Origin: Cetorhinus maximus
Lineage: Eukaryota
DNA: 64,000 bases
NCBI RefSeq assembly: GCF_964194155.1
Contig: NC_135889.1
Coordinates: 100,812,001-100,876,000, forward strand
Direction of reading: 5' to 3'
Shown here: positions 51,661-64,000 of the stretch, one piece after another
Layout: each line of letters opens with the position of its first letter
Numbering within the stretch: position 1 is the first letter of the stretch
Notes under the pieces: generated by a model
What the model saw: only the letters and a program-made list of their open reading frames with translations
What the model was told of the DNA's origin: nothing
Databases searched by the model: none
Position numbers and translations under genes: made by a program

Positions 51661-53375
51661 GGTGTCATGAGCGGTATCAGCCGCTGGGTCACCAGCCATG
51701 GTTCCTTGTCCGACAGAACTGTTATGCTGGCTCCTGTGTCTAAATTAAAATTTGTTAAATGGCCATTGACTGAAATGTCCACATTCCAAAATGAGAAACC
51801 AAAATCTTTGACCTCACCCAAAAAGCATAACTGTGTGTCTTCTAGGCTTGCAGTCTCATGGACAATCTTTGGGCCTTCTGTGCATTTCCAGAGTTTTTGC
51901 CTTGCACAGTCTGCATTGTGCCCAATCTTGTTGCACTGAAAGCATTGGGCTGAAATTGCAGGACAGAGCTTTGTTCCACAGCATTGGCATGATTACCCTG
52001 CTGGCTGATTTGGATATTGCTTTCCCTGGCCTTCAGTGTCCCTGTGACCTTGTTGCTTAACTAGCTGAACTGCGGGTTGGCCTCTGCGCCATGATTTATT
52101 TTCTCCTCTTAAATTGGTTCTGTGCTGCTCACAGATCTCTGATTGCCTAACTAACTGGATTGCCTTTTCAGGATTAGATCTTCCTTTGTTTGCATGAGGT
52201 TAGGAAGTGTTGTTTGCTACTTCTACCACAATTCTGTCTCTGATGAGTTAGTCTCTGTATTCGCAATGTTCTGCCATCCTCTACCGATCATTGATGAATG
52301 AATCAACAGGTTCTCCTGGCTGCTGAACTCGCTTGTTAAATTTAGCTCTTTTGAGTAATTTATTGCTTCTTAGATTGGAATAAATGTTGAAAGATTTTTG
52401 TACTTCTTCAAATTTAGCAGAAGATTCATTGATTCCCTGTCTTGCAATAATGTCATCTGCAATTGGGCCTAACAAGTGAAGCAGTGTGTTAACCTGCTCT
52501 GCTTCTGATTTTTTGTCTAAACCTGAAGCAATGCTGTATATGGGAAATCTTTTCCTCCAAAGTTCACAATTATGTGATTCGAGCCTTGGATAAGTCCAAA
52601 TTGATTTGGAAATGCGGAATTCTGATCCATGGTTAAAATTTTAAAAGTATCGATTCTGCTTTCAGAGCTTTCTGAATTTCAGGGTGGCACTGCTGTTTAC
52701 TTGGAGACAAAGGAATTTCCCGTGCTTGCTGGTTTTGACAGGCTCTACTGCAATGGCGATCAGGCCCAGCTTGAAAAATAAACTCTCAACAATTGCTGCC
52801 TGGAGCGCCTGCCTGTGGAGTACTCTTGCTCAGTGTTGATGTTTAAAGTCGTAAAATTTATTGAATCCTGGCTTTTGTTTGCCTTTAGCTGGGTTTAAAA
52901 AGTCATGATTCTCCCAGAGTATTCAATTAATTATTTATAAACATTTTCAGAGCAAGCTCAGACACTAGGTTCAGGCAACAACTCAGCGATTGAGTTTTAG
53001 CAATGGGTTTTTTCAAACTGTACTTCTGACCCTGAAGTTTTTAAAGATTTCTCAGGACTTGCTATAGCCTGGAATTTTAAAAGATTTAGCTCACCCTTGC
53101 TAGGTCTGCTTATTTTGTGCTCTGGGATTTGAACTAAACTTCCAAAGGAGATGCAGTGTAGTATTCTGCTGCTGTAAGGAATTTTAAATCTCTGCCTTCA
53201 GCTTCCAAGCCTTTTTTTGGTGCTTTGCTTTTCCTGGTGATTTTTTTTCTCTGTGCCTCTGCTTTTGGAGCTTCCTTTCAGGTCAGAATTCTTTGCTGAA
53301 CTGTTTCTCAGTCTTCCAACATTTTAGCTTTTCTGCATAAAAGGTTTTGGGCTTTTCCACAAGCTGTCTCCATAT

Positions 53376-53647
53376 TGTAGGATGTTGGTTACAGTTCGGT
53401 AGGTCTGGAGAAGTCTTCATAGTCACATGTAGGTTAACTGTATGTCTTTATTGACTCTTAGAGCTATTTACAAATATACAGTAAAGGGTACAAGACAGAA
53501 GCTGTCTCCATTCTCGCTGGTACACATGGTTCTGTTCAACACTCAACAGGCTCCTGGGTGTGGGTCATGTGCCTCTTACATCACCATATGGGTGGTACAA
53601 TACTCAGTCCCACATTAACCCTTTATGTGCCAGAACCTTACACTACA
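53376..53647 (-). repeat. 5' LTR of Gypsy element
   Basis: Aligns with 46931-47196, followed on minus by ATA-TGG (PBS-like). Confidence 0.9.
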
Positions 53648-55153
53648 GAGAGAGGCTTCAATCTGCACTGATCAATACCATTGGTTTAATGTAAATTATC
53701 AGTAGCTGTAGAGGTAGCGACAATCCAATCTGTATTAGTACAGGGTACTGAGCTTTATGCATGAAGGTGTTGTTTATAATGCCCTTGTAGCTCCAGAATA
53801 AACAGTGGAAACAATAAGCAGATATTTTTGCTGTTAACTGTAAATAATAGATAGCATGCAAAGGGTGACATTCTGTTGCATTGATGCAGGGTCACACCTG
53901 TGAACCTTCACATAAATTCTCAATCCTAGCTGTGCCTTCAGAAAATAACACAGAACAAAGGCCAATGTTTCCTTATAATGATGGAGGACAAATCACCTCA
54001 TTTATATGTATTTATACTGAAATTGGTGCAAGCCTCTGAATAAGTTGCCAGCTGGTTCTGACTAAGCAATATTAATAGAAGGCAAAAGAGAGGTGTTATT
54101 TTTTCAGGTATCTTGAAACTGACCAATCAAAATGTTGCACAGGAGTGAACTTTACAGTAAGTTGTATTTTGCACCTTGGGGAGCTAATGTTGGATTCCAG
54201 CTCTGATGGTTGGATGAAAATCCTGTTTGCAGTGGCTTAGATATTCTAACTGAAATGAATTTGGACAGTCTGAAACTAGTTGCCATGAATCCACAGAGCA
54301 TAATTCCCCCCAGAATGCAGAATTGGCACAAATGAGTAAATATAACAAGCAAAAAATGAAATACGGTTTTAGCCTTAATTGATAATGACGATGGATGAAA
54401 CCATAATGGTGCCTTGATAGAACTCCCACTGTCTGGAACATGTATTCAACATCCTGAAGTCGCCATCTCACCAGCATGCCAGAACCAGTCAGATAAACCT
54501 TGGACTAATATGTGAATCTCAATGTTCAATATGAGATGTGCTAAAGTTAAAGTGTCAGCCAATGACCTGCTGGTTTGAATACAGATAGGGGGAATTGTGT
54601 ACTTAATAACCAAAAGTAAATTAACATAATTTTTCAGTGGTGCCTCTATTTCATCTCTGTAACATTTTAATTTTTCTGTTTGCAGCTATAATATATTTTT
54701 GGACTAAATCTGTCTGCCTTTTGAAGCTATAAAAAGGGATTGTGGAGCTTGTTTCATGCTCTCTGCACAGTGAAGGGCTTGTTACAATTTGTCTGTATGT
54801 CCACATCCGGAACTTGTTCCCAGCTCTCACAACTGGCTGGAATAATATGGATTGTTTGATGATACGGAATAGTTGCATTCAGAATAATGATGTATTTGGA
54901 TAAAGACAGCCTTCCTGACTGGAAAAGAGGAAGCCAGTGTAGAACATGGTCAAAGATTTTAGGGACAAAATTCCCAATAGCTTTCCTCTCTCTAATTAAA
55001 TGACCACTAAAAAGACTTGTGCTTAAATAGCATCTTTCATGACCTCAGAACCCTCCAAAGTGCTTTACAGCCAATGAAGTGCTGTCACTATTGAAAAATA
55101 GGAAGATGAAGCAAGGCCTGGGTTGGGAGGAAAGGAACATTCTGAACAATACT

Positions 55154-55840
55154 GGGCAGGATATCACACTGAGGACAATATTTACTGGAGGTGATGGAGG
55201 TCTTACACACCAACTGGAGAGGCCTGCGTCGCTATTTTTAGGGAATGCCTGGCGCAATAAGTACTACTCAGGCATTTAACTGGGCAGCAGTGGGCCTTCC
55301 TTAGGATCAAGGACCTCCAAGAGGAAGTCCTGCCCGCTGAGAGATGCCAGCCAATTAGAGGCAGCACAGGGGAGGCAGTGACCGCTGCCGGTATGACACC
55401 CACCAGAGGCCTAAAATCATCGCTGGGTCTCAGGTCACAGGTGGGTGGCGGCAGGAGGGGATCACAGGGGAGAGGGGAGGGTGATTGACAGCAAGGGCAA
55501 GGAGGTGGCCTCCTGAGAGCTGTTGCTGGGCCCCTCAATCAGGCATTGAGTGCCTTTGAATGAGGGACCCTGCCCTGGAGTCCACAAACAGCCCCACATG
55601 GTTTTGCTTGTCATACACCCTGCATGGCGAGCCCCTGCCCACTGCCAGGTTAATACCATTGGTGGCAGGATGAATTCCCAAGGGTGGTCATTAATTACCT
55701 GCTTAAGGGCAACAATTGGTGGCAGGCTTGATCGGGGTGGATCGGAAGGTGATAAGGTCCGCCCTCCTGTCCGAATAAGTGCCCCCCACCGCCCCCCCCG
55801 CTGCCACCAAACATGGCTCAGAGGATTGCAATGAATTCCA
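55154..55840. mobile_element. Harbinger-type MITE, degraded
   Basis: GC-rich body similar to 43534-44276 (gaagtcctgccc..gagatgccagccaat..agaggc). TIRs weak. Confidence 0.55.
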
Positions 55841-56119
55841 CAGAGTCCAATAGCTTGTTGCTGTCAAAGTTGCTAATAGAGCAATCCAAAAGCTGTTGAT
55901 TTTTTCCTTAGAAATGAATTTTCTTCAGAAACTGGTCCTGTGCCATGAGAACACAAACAGATGCAATGCTGAAATGGGAAGCCTCGGCCAATTGTTCACA
56001 TCATTTGTCAAGGTTTTGAAATTGAAAACAAGATTGAGAAAATTGTAGTAAATGGGAGAAATAAGAATTTTCTTTTGGCTGACCCCACTTACTTTACTAT
56101 GTACAAGTTTAAAGGTTTC

Positions 56120-57640
56120 TGTTCAGGTTCACTGCTATTCTGAGTCAGATAGTTTTTGGGCTCAAATCCTAATCCAGAGGTTTGGGGCCGGAATTTAGTG
56201 GAGTCGGGATGTCTCCGTGAACTTTTAAAAATGGCATGTGGGACCCGGATGCAGATGTCCTCACCCCATTTCCAACAGATCCCACTTTTGTCAGTAGGGG
56301 TAAGAAGGTCGGCTGTATTTTACACAGGAAGGAATCCCTAACTCAGCGGGGCCATTTGAACTCAGTGCTGAATTAAAACAGACCCTGCTTTGGCTGTTCC
56401 AGGGGCCTTACCATCAGTGTGACAGTCACTATTTGAAGGAGTGAACATAAATGCTCTTGAAGGGCATATAAGATCTGTCTAACTGTCATGAACTGAAGAC
56501 TTTTAAAGCATTCATTCTTTCAGCTGGGAAAAAGAAATGGGCTGCAGGTGTCAGTGATTGTTAATAAAATCCTTTGCTGGACCGCTTTGATTGACAGGCT
56601 AGCTAGTCTAGCATCTGTTCAAGTAGTTTCAATAGACATTTCCCCAAGGGCTAGCATTATGTCATTATGAATGTTGGCTGAGTTTCAAAAGCTACAATTA
56701 TCTGAGCGGGGGGACTTGAGTTCACATTTTGATCGACTGTTTAAAGAGGTTATTAAAGGATAGGGGTATGAACAGATGTTTGTTTTTGTAAGAGGTTAAT
56801 TATTTGAGGAGATATAAAAGCTTTAATGCTTCCATGAATGGGAGAATTTTTCACTATCAAACCTGTATAGCAAGAGCTGTAAAAGATTTTTATAAGTTTA
56901 TTTTTTCCATCTCCACATGGCTCCTGAGGTCAGCCTATTATGGTTACTGGGTGAATTGGTCTGAGGGGCAATAGTGGTGGTTTGGGAGTGAGGGGATGTG
57001 GGGGGGTGAGGGTTAAAGGGCCTCAAATCTTCTAAGAAGATGGGGACCAAGTCTCAGAGAAACAATGTGGGCCTTCTAACCAGCATGCCTTGGCACACAT
57101 CTGCCCCGTGTCCACCTTGTATCTGCTTCTGGGGTCACCCACCATCTTGGAGCGAAAATCTCATGATTCAGGGCACGTTTCATGAAGGTGAGTCCGACGA
57201 GTTGGGAAATTTCCCAACTTTAGATATTCGCCTTGGTAGCCAAAATACGGCCCTTGATCACAACCTGGGCTGACACTTGAGTATAGTACTGAAGGTGCAC
57301 TGCACTGCCTTCAGTGCTGTCTTTTTAATGTGATGTTAAACCAAGGTCCCATCTGCTCTCTCAGGTGGATATAAATGATCCCATGGCATTATTTTGAAGA
57401 GCTTGGGAGTTTTGCCTAGTGTCTGGACCAAGATTTTTCATTCAACCAATATCACCAGAACAGATCAAATGCTGATTATCATATTACTGTTTATGGGACC
57501 TTGCTGTGCATAAATTGGCAGTTGTGCTCCCTACATTACATCAGTGGCTATCCTTCAAAAGTATTTCATTAACTATGATGTGCTTTGGGATGTTTTGAGG
57601 TTGTGAAAGGTGCTATGTAAATGCAAGTCTTTCTTTCTTT
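56120..57640 (+). mobile_element. DeuSINE-like tRNA-headed SINE split by a MITE
   Basis: Head at 56120-56184 (ctgagtcaga..gggctcaaatcc). Body 57254-57640 has a Deu-domain-like core (ctgctctctcaggtggatataaatgatcccatggc) and an L2-like tail. Confidence 0.75.
56185..57253 (+). mobile_element. Harbinger-type MITE
   Basis: TIRs GGGCCGGAATTT / AAAATACGGCCC, exact TTG TSD. Confidence 0.85.
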
Positions 57641-58436
57641 AAAGATAACCACTATGGTTCAACAATCTTGAATGCCATCATTTACACTCTCATTTCGAGT
57701 TTCTTTTGTCCTTTTCTTCAGCAGCTAGAAAGTGTCATTCAAGAAATAGATTCGAGCTGGACACATTAGGAATGCTTTTCAGGGAACACCCATTTCCTGG
57801 GCTTAGTGTGGGCAAAAAGTGACAGGGACCCAGGATGCCAGGTTTGTATCCCTCTGGTGGCATGATAAATTCCAAAGTTTCACCTGGACTGAGGTGGACT
57901 GGAGTGCTTGCATCTGGAGAGCTCAATCTGGAGAGCTCACGCATTCTGTTAATACAAGCATACAGATTGGAATTAAATGTAATGACATCACTGCAACTCC
58001 TGCCTCGTTTTCTGCCTGTAGTTTTGAATGGTGCCAGATAGGAAGGACACTAAGAATAAGCAGGACATAGAGTTTCCATTTGGATGGGTCAAGATCAAAG
58101 GGGTGGCTGGGGGATGGGGGTGAGTGCAAGGCAATTGGGAGCATAGGCAAGGTCACGGCTGGTAGACTTCTGGCTGCTGTTTTTCGATTGAATTCTTGGT
58201 GGCAATTGTTGCTTCTGTAATGATCGGGACTTCTGCCATATTTGCACACAGGAACAAGGCCCTGCCAGGGCTTGCCTTACCCCTGGTGGGAGTTGGGACC
58301 AGGGAAACAGTCTGAACTTGCAAATACGTTGGGTTCGGAACAGGCTAGACGGAGCACCTGATTTATGGTCAGGTAGGGGTGAGGGGGTTGGTTAAGAGGG
58401 AAATAAAAAGCAGCCCCATATTTAACAGTAGAAAAG

Positions 58437-58586
58437 AAAAGCACTGCAGATGCTGGAAATATTCAATAAAAACAGAAACTGCTGGAAATATTCGTTGGGT
58501 CTGGCAGCATCTGCGGAGTGAAAGACATTTTTTCTCTCCACAGATGATGCCAAATTTGCTGATTTCCAGCATTTTCTGTTTTTATC
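58437..58586. mobile_element. Penelope-derived short hairpin element (centre deleted)
   Basis: Inverted arms ataaaaacagaaactgctggaaa..gcagcatctgcggag / ctccacagatgatgcc..ttccagcattttctgtttttat. Confidence 0.75.
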
Positions 58587-61319
58587 TTACAAGGTGTCTG
58601 TTTGGAGACAATTGGAATCATCAGGTTTATTTTCATGGTTACCATGGTGACAAAGCCCTTAAATGTCCACTGAACTTTTTCATTTCTATTAATCTAACAC
58701 TTCATGCAAGTCAGTGAAATGTTATGTTAGTAATTATAGGGAGTGATACAAAGATAGGCAGTCTTACACGTGGCCACACTACCAATACAGCGATGCAATG
58801 ACAGATGCACACTAAAGCACATTTCAAGAACTATGCACTGATATAGATACATATAGAAATAGTGAGATACAGAGTGTCCTGTAAAACACAGGCGAGCACT
58901 CAAACAGTGAGTCCTGCTGCAGCAATGAGGTATTTTGTTTCAAAATTAAACAAACTGCAAGTACAGCATTGTAAGCTGCAATATGTTGGCTGTGTGAGAT
59001 ACATCCATGTACCCATATACATCCACATTGTCCCCGTACCAAGGACCAATAGTCCTCCATGGTAAGTCTGGGGACATGCCAGGGAATAAGAACTGATGCT
59101 GCTTGCTTTTCACAGCCTTGTTACTATATATTACGTTTACTGCATTCCTACTACCCTGCATCATGGGTTTAACACACAGTAAAAATAAAAAGCAAATTAA
59201 GTGTTAAAGTTCACGGAATCCATTTAAAAAGCCAGAATTTTATGTTTATTTGTATGTGGGAAAAGTGTGTCCTTTTCCTTCACTCATGTTTGACATATTC
59301 CAGCTATCCATATGTTTTAGTATCTGGGATTCTAGAGCGGAGGAGAGCTTCCTCTTGGATGCTCACTGTTTTCTTTCGAGGAGATGACATTCCAAAGCTG
59401 TTTCAGTTTCTTACAGGAAGTGGACCTTAGCCAAAAATGATTAACGCTGAAGTAGCATAACAGTTCCAGAGCTAAGGCAATTCCACAGGAGTCCTGGACT
59501 TGACATTATTTCAAACACATGTGAAATATTGTTTAATAAATTTGAATAATGAAAGGATAGGCTGAATGGTTCTTGGCTTGGGTTAATGGTGTTCTGAAAA
59601 CATAGGAGACTCTCTAGTACTAATGACTGGAAACATCTATGTAAATAAACTTGTGTACACTTTATTTGAATGGTTTATTTTGTAAAGTCAACAACTGTTG
59701 AGTATTTCTGGTTTAATGTAACCAAACCCATCAATGAAGCCAATTATGACAACACCCACTTGGCAGTTCTATAGCAAAATACTAAAAGGGCAAAGCCCTC
59801 ATGCAGAACATTCTATAGTACCCTGAGTTGGTGACGTCTTTACACAGCAATCTAACCTTCAGGCTTTTTAAGATTTTACTAAGCAATAGTTTATTTTATA
59901 AAATGTAAATGTATCAACACACACAACAGAAACTGCATTTTGACTTTGTAGGGAACATACTTCGCAACTGAAACCTCTGCTCTTAAAAGTTTCATTGTTA
60001 CCACTTCTAAAATGGAAATCAACATTTTTTCATGTCTAAAGGGTGAAAGATATCAATTAAATATTGATGATTAGGAAGCTTGATTTTTGATTAAATAAGT
60101 AGCAAATATGCTAGGACTCAATCTCTACCTGTTGTTAACTCTTCCCCTCTTTCTACTTTTTTAACTTTTAGCAATACCTTGTCTAGTCTGACTGTCTGTT
60201 CTGCTGAAGGGTCTCATTCCAAATATAAAGCTTTACTTAAAATGTTGACTGACCTTTGGGACATTTTCAACAACTTCAGTTTTTATTTTGCACTTCCATC
60301 AAATGTACTTTTTTTTAATTTTTCTCTACTTTTAGACCAGCTTTGCATTTGGGCACCATGATGTTTCTTGTACAGTTTGACGCAGACCTAGACCAGGACA
60401 CTATTATATGGGAGCATAAACACATTATCATATACTCTCAGTATTGAGCAGCTTGCTGTCACCCTCCTGAGGGCTGGTGACTATGAAAATGTTTTCCATG
60501 TGCCCACAAGTCCTAATGTCACAACAACTAAGTGGTGCCATCCAATGGCAATGGATTTTTTGTCTTATAAAAACAAATAAAACATGAATAAAATTAGCTT
60601 AGGGTACTCTTGCTAAATACAGTTCTTATTCCTACTGGTACCTCAACCATGGAAATAAATACTGTATTTGCAGAGATGGTTGAGGCACTGTCAAATATCA
60701 TGCAACTAACTGTTGATTATCACTTAAGAAACTTGTGGTGATTATGTCAGCATCATTAACTCTTGGACTTCATGTAGGACCAGAAAAATTATCATCTTTC
60801 TGAGTGGGGTTGTTTCTTAGGGGACAAATTCAGTGAAGCTATGCTACCAGAATGGAGAAGAGTGTAGATCAGAGAAATGCCTTGTCTCTAACTTGCACCT
60901 CCATGTCACAAACATTAGCTCCTTGATTGTAGCCTTGTTGCATTTGCCCTTTTCTTTAAGCTCACATAGCATGACATCATTTCACTGTACCTCAATATTT
61001 CCCATTTTCAAATGCTCTATCAGTTTGAATGTTTCATATCTTTACAATAAAATATTTGGATGTCATGAAAAATCTTGTCAATAGGAGGTTAAGTGAAATA
61101 AAATATATATTGTTTTTCCTCACCACACTCAGCTGGCCATAAGTTTTGGAAAGGAAGATCAAGTTGGATTCTCTAATGGTGAACATATATATTTATTTCA
61201 ATAAAAGTTTGTAATTGTGAATGATGTTTAGACACAAATGGTGCTTCTCACCTGTTTTTCCAATACATTTTATTTTCCGAAGTTTTGTGAAGCAGATAAA
61301 GTTTAGTACAGGTACGGAG

Positions 61320-61630
61320 GAGAATGACAAAGATGGTTTTGGATAGCAGGAATCTAAGTTGTTAGGGGTGATTGAAAAAGTTGGATTTGTTTTCTTAGGA
61401 AAAGAAAAGACAGGAGATGATCTGGATGACATTTTAAATATTATGAAAGGCATTGACAGGACTGAACCAGGAAAAGTTTCAAATACAAAGTGTCACAAAG
61501 TTAAAAGTAAGAAGTGAGATGTAAGAAGTGAAGGGGAGTTTTACACAAAGAGCAATAAACTTGCAAAATATTTACAGAGAAATCTATTGAAACAGGCAAT
61601 ATAACAGCCAAGAAGCAATTAGACATAATT
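61320..61630 (+). mobile_element. Old CR1 fragment
   Basis: gaaaaagttggatttgttttcttagg..ggagatgatctg..attatgaaaggcattgacagg. Confidence 0.55.
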
Positions 61631-61659
61631 CTGATATGCAAAATGATTGAGGGATAAAA

Positions 61660-62110
61660 CAATGACAACAACAATGACTTGTATTTATGTAGCATCTTTA
61701 ATATAATAAAACATCCAAGATGGTTCACAGGAGCATAATAAACTAAATATGACACCAAGCCACACGAGGAAACATTAAAGCAGCTAACCAAGAGCTTGGT
61801 CAAAGAGGTAGGTTTCAAGGGGTGTCTTAAAGGAGGACAGTGAGGTAGAAAGATGGAGAGGTATAGGGAGGGAATTCCAGAGTTTAGGCCCTTTGCAACT
61901 GAAGGCAGAGCTATCAATGGAGCAATTAAAATAAGGGTGATCAAGAAGCCAGAGGAACACAGATATCTCAGAGGGATGTGGACTGGAGGAGATTACAGAG
62001 ATAAAGAGGCATGTAGTCATGGAGGGATTTGAAAATAAAGATCAGAATTTTAAAATTGTGAAGTTGCTTGACCAGCAGCCAGTGTAGGTCAGAGAGCACA
62101 GGGGTAATGG
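61660..62110 (-). mobile_element. L2 LINE 3' end
   Basis: AFSCKGPKLWNSLP..LSSFKTPLETYLFDQA, with a (aac)n tail. Confidence 0.85.
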
Positions 62111-62639
62111 GGAATGGGTGATGGTTGATGAAGAGAACAAATTTTGGTGGTGTTGTGGTCTACCAAAAACATTTTTGGTGCTAGTGACCTCTCCTCATTC
62201 TCAAAAGTTCTTATGACTTCCAGCTGTAAAAGAAAAGCATGATTTTACTCTTTCAGTAATTCACCTTATCAACGACAATTGGTGGAAGACTATCTTAGGA
62301 ATCTATTTGTTGTACCCAAATCATTGTTCTAGCAGGATCAGAAATTGGTGAAAAACAGCACATTTTAAACAAGCAGCAACTACCGGTTCACTATACTGTG
62401 ACAGACACCACAGCCTGCTTGTAAGCCCACCTTCTGTCGAAGTGCGCGCTGTGGAAATCTCAATGTATGCCGGTGTATTAGTAATTTACCCAACCCCCTG
62501 CTTCAGACTGTTTAAAGTTTAATACTTCAGTGTTGATCAGTGTTTTCATGACACAGTCATGAAAGTCAGCTGTGTCACTATCAAGCAACGTCAGATTGAA
62601 TAGTCTTTATGTTAAAGTATGATCCTCATAACCCCGTAC

Positions 62640-62890
62640 TTACATACATTACATAGAATGCACAGCACAGTAACCAGATCATTCAGCCCAACTAGTCCAT
62701 GCTAGCATATATGCTTCAAATAAACCTCCTCCCAATCTTAATCTAACCCTATCAGCATAATCTTCCAATCTTTCTCCCTTGTGTTTATCTAGCATCCCCA
62801 AAAATGTATTTATACCATTCTTCTGAACTAATCTTTATGGTAACAAGCTCCACATCCTAACCACTTACTGGGTAAAAAAGTTTCTCCTGA
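62640..62890 (-). mobile_element. Old CR1 3' fragment
   Basis: catagaatgcacagcacag..cattcagcccaactagtccatgc..ctgggtaaaaaagtttctcctgaatt. Confidence 0.6.
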
Positions 62891-63249
62891 ATTTTAAGAG
62901 CTGTGTTTTGATAGCACAGTATCTATTAATAATTATACAAATTGATCAATAGTATCAATTTATAATTATAAAATAGCATTTCTTTTCAAGCAACTTATTA
63001 AAAACAACAGCCTAAAAATTATTATTAGAGATATTACATAGACTTAACACTTAACACATTTGCATGGCATTCGTCTGTCAGCTAATTTAAAATAAACAGG
63101 TTAACACTGGTGTTAGAATAGCAGATAGAGGAATGTTACAAGAACATGAGTCTGCCTTGGCCCATCTGCTGCAGAAATCCTCAGCAATGCACTTGTCACC
63201 TCCAAACAACTATTCCAATACTATCCTTACCAGCCTCCAATCCTCCACT

Positions 63250-63725
63250 CCAGATGTAAACTTCAAGGCCTTCAAAGCTCTTGTCCACCCTACTCCAAGT
63301 TCTGCTGATCTACCCATCCTACCCTTGCTGAGCTAATTGGTTCCTGGAGCTCCAACATGTCAAATTTATAACTCCACCCTTGTGTTTAAATCCTTCTGTG
63401 GCCTCAGCTCCCTGTCTCTGTCACCTTCACCTTTCCCTCAAACTCTCCATTGATTCCACTCGGGCCTTTTTTGCACCCCACAATGGGTGGCCAGGAATTC
63501 AGCTGTCTATACCCCATGATATTCTAGAATTCACTATCTAAACCCCTTCACCTCTTTATCTTCTGCTCCTGCTTTAAAATCTTTCATATAACACACCTCT
63601 TTCACCCCCTTCAGTTCAGCTCCAACTTCACTTCAACTCAATTTCCCTTTATTTCTGACTATTCCTCTGTGAAGTGCCTTGGGATGGTTTTCTATGTTAA
63701 ATGTACCAAACACAACTTTGGTGTT
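63250..63725 (+). mobile_element. Old L2 3' fragment
   Basis: Similar to the reverse complement of 61660-62110 (gtgtttaaatccttc.tggcctc, gtgaagtgccttgggat..tatgttaaa). Confidence 0.65.
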
Positions 63726-63784
63726 GTCATTCTGAGGCTTCATTTGCTAATATCACCAACAATAATCCCTAGGCTTATTATTAT

Positions 63785-64000
63785 TTTTAAATCTTCATCA
63801 TGGGATGTGGGCATCACTGGCTAGGCCAGCATTTATTGACCACCCCTAATTACCCTTGAGAAAGCGGTGGTGTCATTTTAGAGGTCAGTTAAGAGTCAAC
63901 CACATTGCTGTGGTTCTGGAGTCACAAGTAGACAAGACCAGGTAAGGACGGCAGTTTTCCTTTCCTACAGGGCATTAGTGAACCAGGTGGGCTTTTATAA
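63785..64000 (-). mobile_element. Second copy of the 51071-51643 SINE family (shorter tail, runs off window)
   Basis: aagagtcaaccacattgctgtgg..ggagtcac..gggcattagtgaacca matches 51370-51470. Confidence 0.85.

Larger units (their letters stand above)
46931..53647 (-). mobile_element. Full-length decayed Ty3/Gypsy LTR retrotransposon
   Basis: Two LTRs, and PPT (ggatgagggagg on minus) next to 47196. Gag (RAKFNKRVQQPGEPVDSFI, zinc-knuckle remnant), protease LDTGAS, RT KLDANSGFW/ICHMD, RNaseH ADTLSR, integrase VVDYFSRW/NGPQF/YPQSNGEAER in PR-RT-RH-IN order. Confidence 0.95.

Noticed and set aside
58824-59164. Overlapping short ORFs as a small gene
   Set aside because: No recognisable protein motif in any frame; only an isolated donor-like site.
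60150-60300. Additional hammerhead/Penelope pLTR remnant (ctgctgaagggtctc)
   Set aside because: Too degraded; the catalytic core is not intact and boundaries cannot be defined.

Overview
Eukaryotic, repeat-dense genomic DNA. The repeat repertoire (CR1 and L2 LINEs, an RTE/BovB-like LINE, DeuSINE-like and other tRNA-headed SINEs, Penelope GIY-YIG elements, many PIF/Harbinger transposons, Ty3/Gypsy LTR elements) points to a vertebrate, most likely a shark or other cartilaginous fish (inference). I could not identify any host protein-coding gene, so the window looks intergenic or deep-intronic. All recognisable coding sequence is decayed transposon sequence: two Gypsy elements (8505-11533 +, 46931-53647 -), a near-complete LINE ORF2 (about 12035-14838), an RTE fragment, a two-gene Harbinger (HARBI1-like transposase plus spliced partner gene), two Myb/SANT-carrying Harbinger derivatives, several Harbinger-type MITEs with 3-bp TSDs, and an inverted Penelope pair. 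I see no convincing new multi-gene system. The most unusual structures are a 5'-truncated Gypsy flanked by an 84-bp duplication, palindromic Penelope-derived mini-elements carrying minimal hammerhead-ribozyme motifs, and a 1.18-kb solo LTR of unknown family. Family names come from motif recognition, not database searches, and boundaries of old repeats are approximate.
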